Shown in pieces: positions 1-10,706 of a stretch of 52,412 bases of DNA. This DNA comes from Piedraia hortae CBS 480.64 (lineage: Eukaryota), in assembly GCA_010093745.1 (NCBI GenBank), contig MU006006.1, forward strand, positions 62,001 to 114,412, read 5' to 3'. A program made the position numbers and the translations under genes. The notes beneath the pieces are model-generated. The model saw only the letters and a program-made list of their open reading frames with translations, searched no databases and was not told the DNA's origin. Positions within the stretch are counted from its first letter, which is position 1. Each line of letters starts with the position of its first letter.

Positions 1-499
1 CATGGTTCGAATATCAAACTTGAAACTAATGCAAAAGTCAAAGAGCAACCGGAAGCCAAGCTGAGCTACCTGCACATGAGAGAAAGAATAACGCATCAAA
101 TATTACGCACCACTGGCAGGCCGTCACTCTGACCTTACATCTTGGATGGCTAGGGGTCTGGCTCGATTCTGGATGGTCATTGTATCCGCACGGCATATCT
201 TGGGCGTTCAAAGTTGCCAAGACCGGTAGCATCTTTTCTTCGTCGCCTAACACCTAAAAAGGACTACCAATGAGAATGGCAAGTCTGGCCGGTATTTGCT
301 GTGTCGTACTGGTACCACTCTATGAAATAAAAGCGGTCTGATCGCGGTTTAATTAGCATAATTGTGCAGAGAAGGTTACGACCGGATAAGAGACTTGTCG
401 GAGGGGTTAACCTCCGAGGACTAGAGCGGAGTGGATGTCAATGACAAAAGTTTTCACTCAACTTTTACTGAAAAATATGTAATGTAGATGTCTATCTCT

Positions 500-665
500 A
501 TGAGGTGAGATCCGAAACCTCTCCCACACTACCTCAGTCTGACCGCATCTGCCAGGACAACGTCAGCGAACCATGCCCTTAAGCATGAACGAGACAATGA
601 CCGTCTCAGGGAAAACTTCCTCTATAGAGGTAAAAACCCTGAGAAGTTTCCAGTCCTATCTACAG
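500..665. repeat. Diverged ~165 bp dispersed repeat, copy A (core CAGGGAAAACTTCCTCTATAGAGGTAAAAACCCTGAGAAG at 607-646)
   Basis: The core matches 5385-5425 with two substitutions and one indel. Flanks also align (tgaggtga...cacactacctcagtct...gaccgcatc...gcatgaacg). Outer limits are approximate. Confidence 0.75.
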
Positions 666-840
666 TTCTAGTCATGGTAGGTGCCACATCCTTCTGACAG
701 GTAGTAAAAACAACATCGTCTTTCGTGTCATTTCCAATTTTGACATTGACTACATTTACCCCACTCAAGAGAAGATCCGGAATCCCGATACTAACACATG
801 TGCTATTATTTCTATCTACGTATCACTCGATTCTAAGATA

Positions 841-1042
841 CAGTACTCACTCGAGTGGTTTATCGCTAGCGTGCCTCTTTAAGTTTAGTGCCGCATCTCA
901 GCCAATCTGACGGGGTCTCCTTCGGACCACGCTATATACCTATACTAGGTTAATGGGAAAATGACAGCTCTGTCTGATTGGTCGGAGTATGGAAATAAAC
1001 ACATTTAGGCACGCTAGCGATTAAACCCTCGAGCGAGTACGG
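841..1042. mobile_element. 202 bp MITE with ~70 bp imperfect TIRs and TA target-site duplication (Tc1/mariner-like)
   Basis: Left end TA|CAGTACTCACTCGAGTGGTTTATCGCTAGCGTGCCT...GCCAATCTGAC. Right end GTCTGATTGG...AGGCACGCTAGCGATTAAACCCTCGAGCGAGTACGG|TA. TA at 839-840 and 1043-1044. Confidence 0.85.
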
Positions 1043-2811
1043 TATCTGCTTTGATATGTGGCACCGTGAATGATGAGTGGCGTTTTTCTCCCTTCAGATA
1101 CGTTTATGGGAGCTTTGGTCACCTTGTGGAAAGAAGAGGGATAGAGAGGGAAAGTTGGAAAAACTTGCTTCTAGAGTCCACGGAACACGGGTTCTCTCTC
1201 AATCCGTTGAAGACATGCTCCACTCGGCTGAAGAGTTTCACGGAGCCATGCCGTAGTGCTCAACCCTCAAGCCGACCTCTGTGCGGTCGTATGTGTGGTG
1301 GTTTCGTCAAGTAAACGAACACTGCTCATGATGTACCTGTCCAACGGCACCGTCCCTTTGGGGCAGCATTGCTTGTTCCATGAAGCAGTGCGTGTACTGG
1401 GCAGCAGCTTTGTCGGAAATGGCGTCCTTTGTGATATTTAGCGGTTTATAAGCCAGGAGGCGCTCCCGGGTAGATGTCATCTCTTTGTCCTTTCTGGCCT
1501 CTGAGGTCATCTCTGTGCCCGTTTTTCCTCAGGTGCACTGATATGTCCACGGTCTGATATCAGCACATTTTCCCAATGTCCTAGAGTACCCGAGTTTGAA
1601 AAAACCTAGGTCAAAGACCTTGTGTATAGCATTGCAAGACGCACTAATTCGTGGGCCCTTCTGTCTTTCGTGCACAACGATTCTCCAATTAAAGTTGAAG
1701 GGCTAGTCATGCGAACGCCACGTGATTTTCTGTACGGTCGAACCTGGTTTTAGCGGACTCTGGATATAGCAAATGCCTCCTTAAAGCGAATTTTCAGGAC
1801 CTCCAATTTTCTACCGCTACCCTGTAGGTACCTGAATGCAGCGGATCCTCGAAATAGCGGAGAGAATTCTCGCGCCAATCAGTCCACTATAACCAGGTTT
1901 GACTGTCTTCTCGTCTGTAGAGCTTTGATTCCACATTCCCTTTGGAGACACATGTTCCAGCTTCGCCGATCAATGTTCTGCAAACTGCCTGGCGATCAGG
2001 GGTTGAATTCCTGTTACGGGCTAGCCCTTTCGTCCCATGGAACAACCATGGGTGTGGTTCACCAGGAGCGCGCGTACTGCGTACGCACAAGCTAAACGGA
2101 CGAGGCGCTTCTGTGCAGGAGCACATGAGCACATAGCAGGCCCTCTGGCCCTTGATAGCTTCCATACGAGACAATGTCTTGCTCGACCTTGGGTCCGTGC
2201 ACACTCCCAGTGCTTCTCTTGACCATTTCAGCGAAAAACATCGTCATAAATTCCTCAAAATCCTTGCGCAGATGCTGATCATGGAAATCGCACATCAAAT
2301 CCCGGCGCACCCACCTTTCCACAAGACAAACCCACCCACCCCCCACAGCATAAACACGCAAACTTCAGTGGATCAGCGAATGCCCTGCTACCATGACACA
2401 ATCCGAGTTTACCTCGCAAACTTACCTTTTCCAGTCCCATATCTCTACCCAACCTGCCCCGTCCACGCTCCACCACAGTCCTGAAACTACGTTCCCTCCC
2501 TCTTATAGTCATCGCTCGCTTACCATCCGCCGATCCAGCACACGTCTAGGCAAGTCTTACAATGAGCGTCGAGACTGTCACATTGCAACGCGGCAATGAA
2601 CTGGTTTTTTCCTCTCACTGAGAAAAATTTCAACAAGGCCCTTCCCTACATGTTCTGACTGCGATGAACATAGCGAGCATTGCATTGCAGTTCTCGCGGA
2701 GAACATCGTAGCAAGTTCAGGGAAGAAACTTAAAGTTTAGCAACGCGTACTTACTTCATCGATCAGTGAATGGATTGGGATCGTTAGAAACATCAATAAA
2801 TTCAATTTCAT

Positions 2812-3196
2812 TCAGAAGGAATCTTTGCCCGTGAAATACAGCACAGTAAAACCAGTCTCTTCGTTGGGAAAAACCATTGTTCGCCCGCACGAGAATCATA
2901 TCAATGGTTCCAGCTGCTCAGGAAGCTTGGATATCTGCCGACCATTGACAGTGGTCCACTGTCCTGTACGGTCCAAGGCCAAGATTTGTCGGCCGTGGAA
3001 CATCGAAGTCGACATTACCGAGGTAGAAGAGTCCGCCTGCGTTTGGGGCTGGGAAGCTTCGTTAGCTACTAACCTGTCCACGACAGACAGGAACGTTGAC
3101 GACACAAAGCGACCATCGATAAGTATCAAACTACCATCACGGCCGGGATCGAGTGTGCGCACAATGCACGCCTTTTCAATGTCCCATTCGCATATG
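2812..3196 (-). pseudogene. Truncated paralogue of the 3' end of the NACHT-WD40 gene
   Basis: Encodes ICEWDIEKACIVRTLDPGRDGSLILIDGRFVSSTFL...FTVLYFTGKDSF*, aligning to 22730-23128. Has a premature TGA at 2896-2898 where the intact gene has Trp. Homology ends abruptly at 3196. Confidence 0.9.
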
Positions 3197-4344
3197 TGAA
3201 CTGAACTACACTCATTTAGGCACGCCAGCGATAAAGAATTAGTGCGGTTGTTCTGATAAGCAGCGGCACCTCACAGGTCTGTCAGTATACACGCGTATCT
3301 AGAGCTACAAGAATATTTCTGAGTACTCGAGCCCTGTGCAGGGATGTGGGTCATCACCTGCGGCTCGCTCCGTGGCGAACTGCACAACAGCGGTAATATC
3401 ACCGTCCGCATAATGTCATATCTTGAACATTTAACGAATCATATCTCGAACATATCAAATACCATACCTCGATGATAATGTCGGTCAGGTTTTCATGGAG
3501 CTACTTATCATCAAATCTCGGGTCTTCATTATATCGTTTGCAGCTCCAAGAATCTGCTGCAGTGACCATTGCTTCGTTTGTGTCTATGTTCGAACTGCTC
3601 CCCTCCAACAGCCCGCTCCCTAAGTGGTTCGTTTTGTGCGACCACCCAAAAACTACCACATACGTCTGTAGGATACTTTTTCTTGATATATAAGATCACA
3701 TAGCTCATTGTGATGGCTAAAACTACATCTATTCATAAGTCAACGAACCGTACGTATCGTGCGTATTGTAGAATATGGAATAGGACTCAAGCTAATCGTT
3801 GTCGACTTTCCATCGCTGTGAGACTTAGGACAGTTCTCCAAACCGATTATAAGGTACATGCCCTCATGGCACTTGCCTCTGCCGACCCCCCTTGACTGCA
3901 CGTGGTCGTTCTGCGTTGATGTTCTACTGGGCTGCATTCGAGGATCAAGGAACTCAGGTCCGTACAGCTTGAGACCGTTGAAGGGGTAACGCAAGACAGT
4001 GACCCTCCCTCGTCCTCAGAGTCTCCTGCTGGGCAAGTTTCCTTCTCAAACTCCCCTTCTTCAAACTCACTTCCTCGAGTGCCCCCCTCTTCAGAGTCAG
4101 TTGCCGAAATTGCTACCCCTTGCGACTTTTCAAGGTTCGAGGTAACTGGCTTCTGCGCAATTTCTTCTCCTCACCATGCCACCCACAGTTGTGTTTTAGC
4201 CTTCAGTAAACATATGAAGTTTATGAGCCTTCTGTGACGGTCAAGATTCCTTCACGGCTCTGGATTCTGCCTCGCTGGTACCGCTGGTCGTGTTTGCTTT
4301 GTTCCTCTCCTCTACGAGGACGAGACATCTCTTCCGGTGATGCG

Positions 4345-5156
4345 TCATCTTGCCGCAGGACTCATAGCAAAACACCATCGCATACCTAGGGGATCACTGC
4401 AATCGCGAGCATTCCCAGATATGATGGCGAAGTATACGAAAATGAATGTGCCCGTGAGCACACATTTCATTTCCTCTTGCTCGAATTCTTCGGCGGACGA
4501 TATGCCATTATCAGCTCCGTTGATTTCTCGACGGCTCATATTTATCTTCCTATGAAACATCCCAATCTTCCATGGGCGCCCATTGCTTTACACAAGATTA
4601 ACTTCGCAGGGAACGCAGAATTGAATGACATGAATAGGTGTGCTTCGGTTCAAGCCATGCTTTGTTACTTGTACCTGTCCCATCCGAATACGTCTTTGCT
4701 TTCATAAACTCTCTCAGCTGAGTGTAACCCATGGCCAGGGTGTGGCGTGCGTATGGTATTAAGACATCAGCGGGATCGCTATCTTGCAAGCCTCATTAGA
4801 TCCATGACACGGCTTCTTCGCAGTTTCGCTAATGAAGCAGTTAAACCTGACCGATGATCGCGCACGCTCGTGCTCCTGCGGCCGCCAGCTCTCCAGAGAG
4901 CGCAGTCATACCTCACTCTTGTAATGTGATTTGGCATTGAGAAGCTTTTTCTTGGCAAAATAAACTTGAACTCGGCCAGTGGAGGGTACCATTTCCAGAA
5001 TACATCACCTTTGCACAAGATCTTTTCGTAGCCGGCATACGCCTTCTGGAACATCCGTTCCGCATCCCCTGCGAGGCTTTCATACTGGTAGAATTGACCT
5101 ACGCGGTAGGCTTCCCGAGCATCGAGTGAGTACGTGGTTCTGCGCTTGGCTCGCAC
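4345..5156 (-). pseudogene. Degenerate TPR-repeat-like gene fragment
   Basis: VGQFYQYESLAGDAERMFQKAYAGYEKIL resembles the fungal NLR-type TPR consensus (LGxLY...AExMYxRALxGYEKAL). A second TPR-like helix (HTLAMGYTQLREFMKAK) lies in another frame. Broken into several ORFs. Confidence 0.45.
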
Positions 5157-5277
5157 TCTTACAAGTCCTTGCCGGACTTTGCGGTAGTCTCAACGCAATG
5201 ATCTAGCGGCTTGATGTCGCAGAATTAGGAAGGCAATGGTGTGTATTATCTAGAAGTTTGTCTGTTCAGGTAATGTT

Positions 5278-5442
5278 GTGAGGTGAAGTGCAGAACTTCA
5301 CCTCACGCTAACCCAGGTCTAGCGCATTCACCCAGACCACATCACCAAGCACGCACAGAGCATGGACGGCACCGTGCGTCGTCGCAGGGAAAACTTCCTC
5401 CTATAGATGTAAAAACCCTCAGAAGCATCGACATCTATCTAA
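5278..5442. repeat. Dispersed repeat, copy B, with a perfect 12-bp-stem hairpin, upstream of the transposase remnant
   Basis: GTGAGGTGAAGT-gcaga-ACTTCACCTCAC at 5278-5306. Core motif at 5385-5425 is nearly identical to 607-646. Confidence 0.75.
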
Positions 5443-5678
5443 GCTGGCAAAGGTGACCCGGCTGTATACTGCATGAGAGGATTTACCGTCTCACAGTATG
5501 ACTTTGAGGAGACAGGTGATCCAGCTGAACTTAGTGATATACACGATATCAGTTTCAACTCCGAGTTTGAGGACGTGAGCAGTGCATCTGAAGATGAGAC
5601 AGGTCAGTCGCGGCTGTGAAAGACCACAAGACTGAAGCGACGTGATTAGATTCCAATGCCTCGCGACTCATCTCCTTT

Positions 5679-8600
5679 GTGGCCCCTTCTTCAGTTCGCA
5701 TATCTAAGCGTGACTCGGCTTACTACCCGTATACATCTAAAGCCCATGCGGAAGTGCATATTTTCTACCGAGCGCAGAAGAATGTGATAAAAAAGGCTCT
5801 CATGGGCAGTATTCTTCGACTTATCTGTAATTTTCTCGATGACAAAGTGAAATCATCCGATTTACCAACTATGAACGAGCCTTTACCTATGACCAGTGCA
5901 TTTCGAGCCCAGAAGTTTATTGTAGACGAAATTCTGAGAGCAAGCCATTCTATGTGGTTAGCATGCTGGACTCCATTCGCATGGACTTTGCTAAACTCGG
6001 TCCACTGCTTGTCCAGCATTCCGAAGTGGTCTTTTCACAATCTATGAGCGAGATGAGCACTGACCAGTTGCTGAATATCCGCAAATGTTCCGAGATCTGG
6101 GACGGTACGAAGTGGAGTTTGAGTCTTTCGCTTTTGCAATGATTGGAAACCCTCGATCTTGGGAGCGCGGTCGCGGATGTCTGGCTCAGGGATGTCTTGG
6201 TGCTGAAACACGGCCACTCCACGGACTATGCCCTATTCTACGGCTGCGAATTGCAGTCAGGACCAAGTGGTAAGGACGAGGTGGTACGCGCCATAGTGCT
6301 TCGATCTTCAGGAGCCATAGGCCGTGAAATCTCATCTACACTTTCAATGGAATATGGGTTTACGGCCATCAACTCAACCACTGTCATCTTCCTCCAGGGC
6401 CTTGAAATCTCTGAAGTCTACCATCCCGCTTCATTCAAGTTTGTTTCCAGACAAAGGGGAAGACCTTGATCCAACTTTTAACGAGTGTTAACTTGAAACA
6501 GGTCAATGTCAACATCTGGTTTGACGGGGTAAGCTCGGTCAGGAGCTCGATGCCCAGCTCCCATGAGGTATTCTCTTTCACCTTCGCCGGAAAATTACGT
6601 AATGTAAGAATCCCTTCTTCAATGTGTCTCTTTAACTATGGAATGAAACAGGACAACTTCAACCGATCCGCCAACAAATTCATTACCATCGGGCCGAAAA
6701 TGAATGGCTCAACCATGCTCGAGTCTTTCAAGAAGGACTTGGTTGAGCTAGAACGCAGCATCAAGGCTTTCAACCCTGAGACGAAGACCATACAATTAGC
6801 TCGTGCTGGCGTATGTCAAGGCCTCAGAGACAATGTCGAAGTTGGAGAGATGATGTCCCATTCTTCAAACAGCCTTTACCCTTGTCGGGTATTTGATCTT
6901 TACTGCCCAAGACAAGCTGGAAGCTGGGAGGATGTTGCATACCCCGGAAACCTCAGCAATGTTAAAGATACGAGAGCCTGTGTGAACAATCGTGAGAAAG
7001 GGGTCAAGCCACCGCTCACATGTGTCTACAGCCTGCCGGGTTTCGATCCTCACGTTGATTTCCCATACGAACTTCTCCATGGCATCTATCTGCGGATCAC
7101 TCGACATTCGATCAACCTCACCATAGACCATTCGATCATCAAGCATGATATCGAGGACATTGCTCTCCGTCCCATGGCAGTCGATAAGAACGGGTTGACC
7201 TAGTTTGTTAGTCGTCGACAGACTACTAACTGTTGGATTCAAGCATCGCCGCTAGCGCGTATGCAGGGCACTTGCATAGCAAGTCAGCGATACCTCCTAC
7301 ACTACCAGCTGCACCCTAGGTTTTTGCCTCACAGAGGTTTTCCCTCAGGGTCATGTCATATGTGACATGGTGAATACGCCCCGCTAGTGTACGACGTGAC
7401 GTCACCGGCCCACCGGAACAGAATTTTCATTCTGAACGTCCCCTTATTGAATATAGTCATTCACACTACCATACTGCAACTGGTATTTTGACTTACATAC
7501 ATCTACATCTTTCCTGTCCCTGATTCCGTCTATCGCTGCGCCCTCTTCGGGTCGCTGTGCACTCTCACCCACGAGAGCTAAATATCTACACTAACTACAT
7601 TAGGTCTCTAACGGGAGGATATTACAAAAACATTCTATAAGTTTGGCCTAGCATATTGATATCATATTATGCCTCAGAAAACATGATCGCGGAAGTATAA
7701 TCGCCGCTCCATCTTTGGTGCGCTGAAGTCAAGCTGGCCTGCCTCCTCTGGGTGACGCAAATTGAGGACCTCCCTGCTTGGAGCAACCTGTGGGGTTGCA
7801 GCAGCTTCTGGAGGAAAATCAAGGACCATTTGCTCTGCCACATCCCAGACTTGGTGAAACGATTTGGTCCCATCATTGGGGCAGTTGTAGAAACTCAAGA
7901 GGCTGACAATAGATACCCGCACCAGTTGATGGCGCTCAGCAATAGCCAAGCCACTTCTCGAGACATTGTAGTCAAAGCCGCCATGAGAGCGGGGCTGCTA
8001 TCCCTCCGCGATGGCGGCTGGTAGTGCGTTGAGGGGACGCGCATGGTCGGTCCGGGACGCCAACTTGTTGCCTTGATGAGCAGCCAGTACGTCCGGGACA
8101 TGCTGGACTCCCCTAATGAGGCTCCGCCCACAGCAAGCATTTGGCAGCCTGCCAAAAAGTGCGTGCCTGGAGCCCAGGAACTTGAGGAGCGATATGCGAT
8201 TCGTTGAGCCACAGAATCGCGCAAATGCTACGAGCGTTTACTGGACGTTGCGGCTTGTCAGGTAAGGGCGTTCGTCAAATGCACAATCAGCGACAAAATC
8301 TTTCGGATCATGTTTCTGCTCCGCGAACTCTCTACAAAACGCAAGATTGCCCTTCTTGAGGCATTGGATTCTGTTTCATCCAGCACCGAGGCCGACGATT
8401 TCTGCAGAATGGAGGCCATTGCTGTAATAGCGTCGCTGGAGCAGTATCGGCACGTTGAGGTCCGACAAATATCAACTGTCGTGAACGTCCAGCACTTATG
8501 CAGTTGCTTCTGCAATAAGACGTACGTTGCTTCTGCCAGTCGAGTGGAGCACGAGGACATCGCCGGTTACGTTTGATAACATGCAGAAAACTATCCTTCC
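5679..8600 (+). mobile_element. Degenerate DDE-type transposase (fungal CMC/Plavaka-like family) pseudogene, interrupted at ~7260-7670
   Basis: Motifs occur in the expected order across frameshifted ORFs: YYPYTSK (N-term), IWFDGVSS...HEVFSFTFAG, GLRDN...SH...PCR, GFDPHVDFPYELLHGIYL, KIKDHLLCHIPDLVKRFGPIIGAVVETQEADN...SNSQATSRDI, VNVQHLC..C. Multiple stops and frameshifts. Confidence 0.7.
7317..7390 (-). repeat. Dispersed repeat, copy C (inverted)
   Basis: Reverse complement of 7317-7345 is AGGGAAAACCTCTGTGAGGCAAAAACCTA, versus AGGGAAAACTTCCTCTATAGAGGTAAAAACCCT in copy A. Weaker similarity continues to ~7390. Confidence 0.6.
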
Positions 8601-9339
8601 AGTCGTTTGATGCTGAACGTGCATATGCTCAAGCACGAATGAAATTTAGGTCTTCGACCAACACATAGGGAGCGCATGTTTGGCAGATTTGACTGATATG
8701 ACACACAGAGTCCATTTTGTAAGCCTATAAATGTCCTAAGCCAAATCTCTTACGCATTTAAATCTTGACTCTTTGGAGGCAAATTCTGCGACATATGTAG
8801 ATTGACATCGAAACTTTTTTTCTACTTCACGTGATAGCAAACAGTTGGTGAAATCGATCGATCGAGAATTATTTAGATCACTTGACTGCATGGTTCACAT
8901 TCTCTATATTGAAGTATATTGAGGTCGATTGACGCAAATATGGCCCTGTGGCCAAGAAGACCATTTTTCCGGCAAAATTGTTGGACAGACGGAAAGGATT
9001 GCGCCGCCAAGCGGTCTATCGATCAACACCGACCACGACGTTGGACATATAGAGTGGGGAGACGATTTTGTTCCTTGCGCCGCCGTCATTCAATGCGAGG
9101 GTTACAGATTTCGTTGCCTCCTCGTTCCTTTTCTTTCCACGGGCGACAAGGCTGAAGAGGAACACGTTTGGTTTCAAATTTTTGCCGTAAGGCGTTGGTA
9201 CGAATGCATGAGTTCGCCAGAGGTGTGGGACGTCTTTTTCGGGATCCCATGGGAGTGGGAGTCGTTCTGTCTAGGCTGGATTTTTAGGTCCTATATGTAA
9301 CATCATGGCATTTGCAACTGAGACAAGTCAGTGCCATCC

Positions 9340-10561
9340 ACACAGGCAGGGCTGGTGCGCGCTTCGCTTCGGTTAGACAGCCAGCGTTAGCCCATCTCAA
9401 GAGGTCGGCACGAGCCTGGAACTCGAGCATGCCCCCCACACTACCATCCTACGAATCACCGATGGAACACAGCCTTCAACGGAAAACATTGCCGCAGGAC
9501 GAAGCATGATGATACCACTAAAGGTTCAATCACCACTGGCCTCGCGGGCCTCAAGACCCGGTACTTCTATTTCCGTCCCAAAGGCATGGCTGTACAATGG
9601 CTCATCCGGTACCGCTTTCCACGCACGGCGCTCGAGGAAACATTTCGCCAGGTTTATGGAGTTGTATGAGGACATTTGCCCTGCAGTTGGCCGAGAAGAT
9701 CAGAATTCAAGATAGCCCTAGAATGATGGGCCGTGGTGCGGTGAGACAGAGAGAGGATAGAGTGAAAAAACTAGCCCCGGTTTCGGCTTGCGCAGGCTTA
9801 ACTGACGCCATCTAACGCCCATGAGAGTCTGGGCATAAGCTCCTACATAACCAGCGGTTGAACCAGGGTGGCCTTCGGGCTCCATGACCACTGGATCCTT
9901 GATCACGAAGGCCTCCTCGTCTCCTCCCTAGCGAAAGAAGGTGCTCAGCTAGATGAGTCTCTCCTACATCCTTCCCTGTCCCACCATAAGAATAAGACAA
10001 AACTAAATCCTCGCAAGGCCTCGCAGGTAGAGTGATTCAAGTCAGCCCTAAGATCTGGAAATCAATCTCCACACTCCCCACAGCCACGAGGTCGAGCACG
10101 GGCTCAGACGCAATTCTCAGCCGTCTGGTCGCAGCAAAGTCCGGTCACGGCGATTTCAATTCCTACCTTGAGCACTTTAAGCACCATGATGCCATCGACA
10201 CTTGTAACTGCAGACGCGAAAAAAATGCCATTCCACTTTTTCTTTTGCGACTTGGCCCGATGCTGGTGGAAGAAAATTGGAAAAGGAGAGGCAGAAATAG
10301 CCTGTGGGAAACCGTGGGCGGGATTCTCACCACGACATCCGGCGCCGAGATCTTTGGCAGCTCTGTGCAAAAAAAGTTCTTCTTTAAGAATATCTGCCCG
10401 GGAGATGTATCTGGCGAGCCCTTCCTTTCGAGGCAATATCTGAGGGTAATGAAGACAAACTGGTCACGCCCAGTTGCCCATCGGGAGGCCGCAGATTCCC
10501 CGCTCGGGGTTCTGCCGGGACGTTATAAAGATAAATCAACCAACCAACCAACCAACCAACC
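9340..10561 (+). mobile_element. 5'-truncated non-LTR retrotransposon (Tad1-like LINE) remnant
   Basis: LSRLVAAKSGHGDFNSYLEHFKHHDAIDTCNC followed, after a frameshift, by PFHFFFC matches the C-terminal zinc-knuckle region of fungal LINE ORF2. Ends in ATAAAT(CAAC)6. The 5' boundary is uncertain; the confident part is ~10030-10561. Confidence 0.75.
10537..10560 (+). repeat. (CAAC)6 microsatellite, LINE 3' tail
   Basis: Six perfect CAAC units read directly from the sequence. Confidence 0.9.
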
Positions 10562-10706
10562 AGCCCGGACATGGGCTCGTTAGCAGTGGTGAGCCTTACA
10601 CAGACGTAAAACGAAAAACAAACAAATAGATACGTCGTCTGAAGTAAATACATCAGGAATCATGCAATCACTACCCTACCCTCGAAACTTTACTTCATTA
10701 ACACAC

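Noticed and set aside
398..424. Hairpin TCGGAGG-ggttaa-CCTCCGA followed by CTAG as a Helitron 3' end
   Set aside because: The spacer is only ~3 nt, no T follows, and there is no RepHel sequence.
430..760. Short inverted match GTCAATGACAAAA / TTTTGACATTGAC
   Set aside because: Only 12/13 bp, does not extend convincingly, and has no TSD.
1051..2550. Short ORFs that may be a decayed minus-strand gene
   Set aside because: No recognisable motif; cannot be assigned without a search.
3300..4340. Possible degenerate minus-strand gene with a Glu-rich stretch
   Set aside because: Fragmented, with no identifiable family.
8904..9300. Overlapping 61-123 aa ORFs
   Set aside because: No motif and no credible gene structure.
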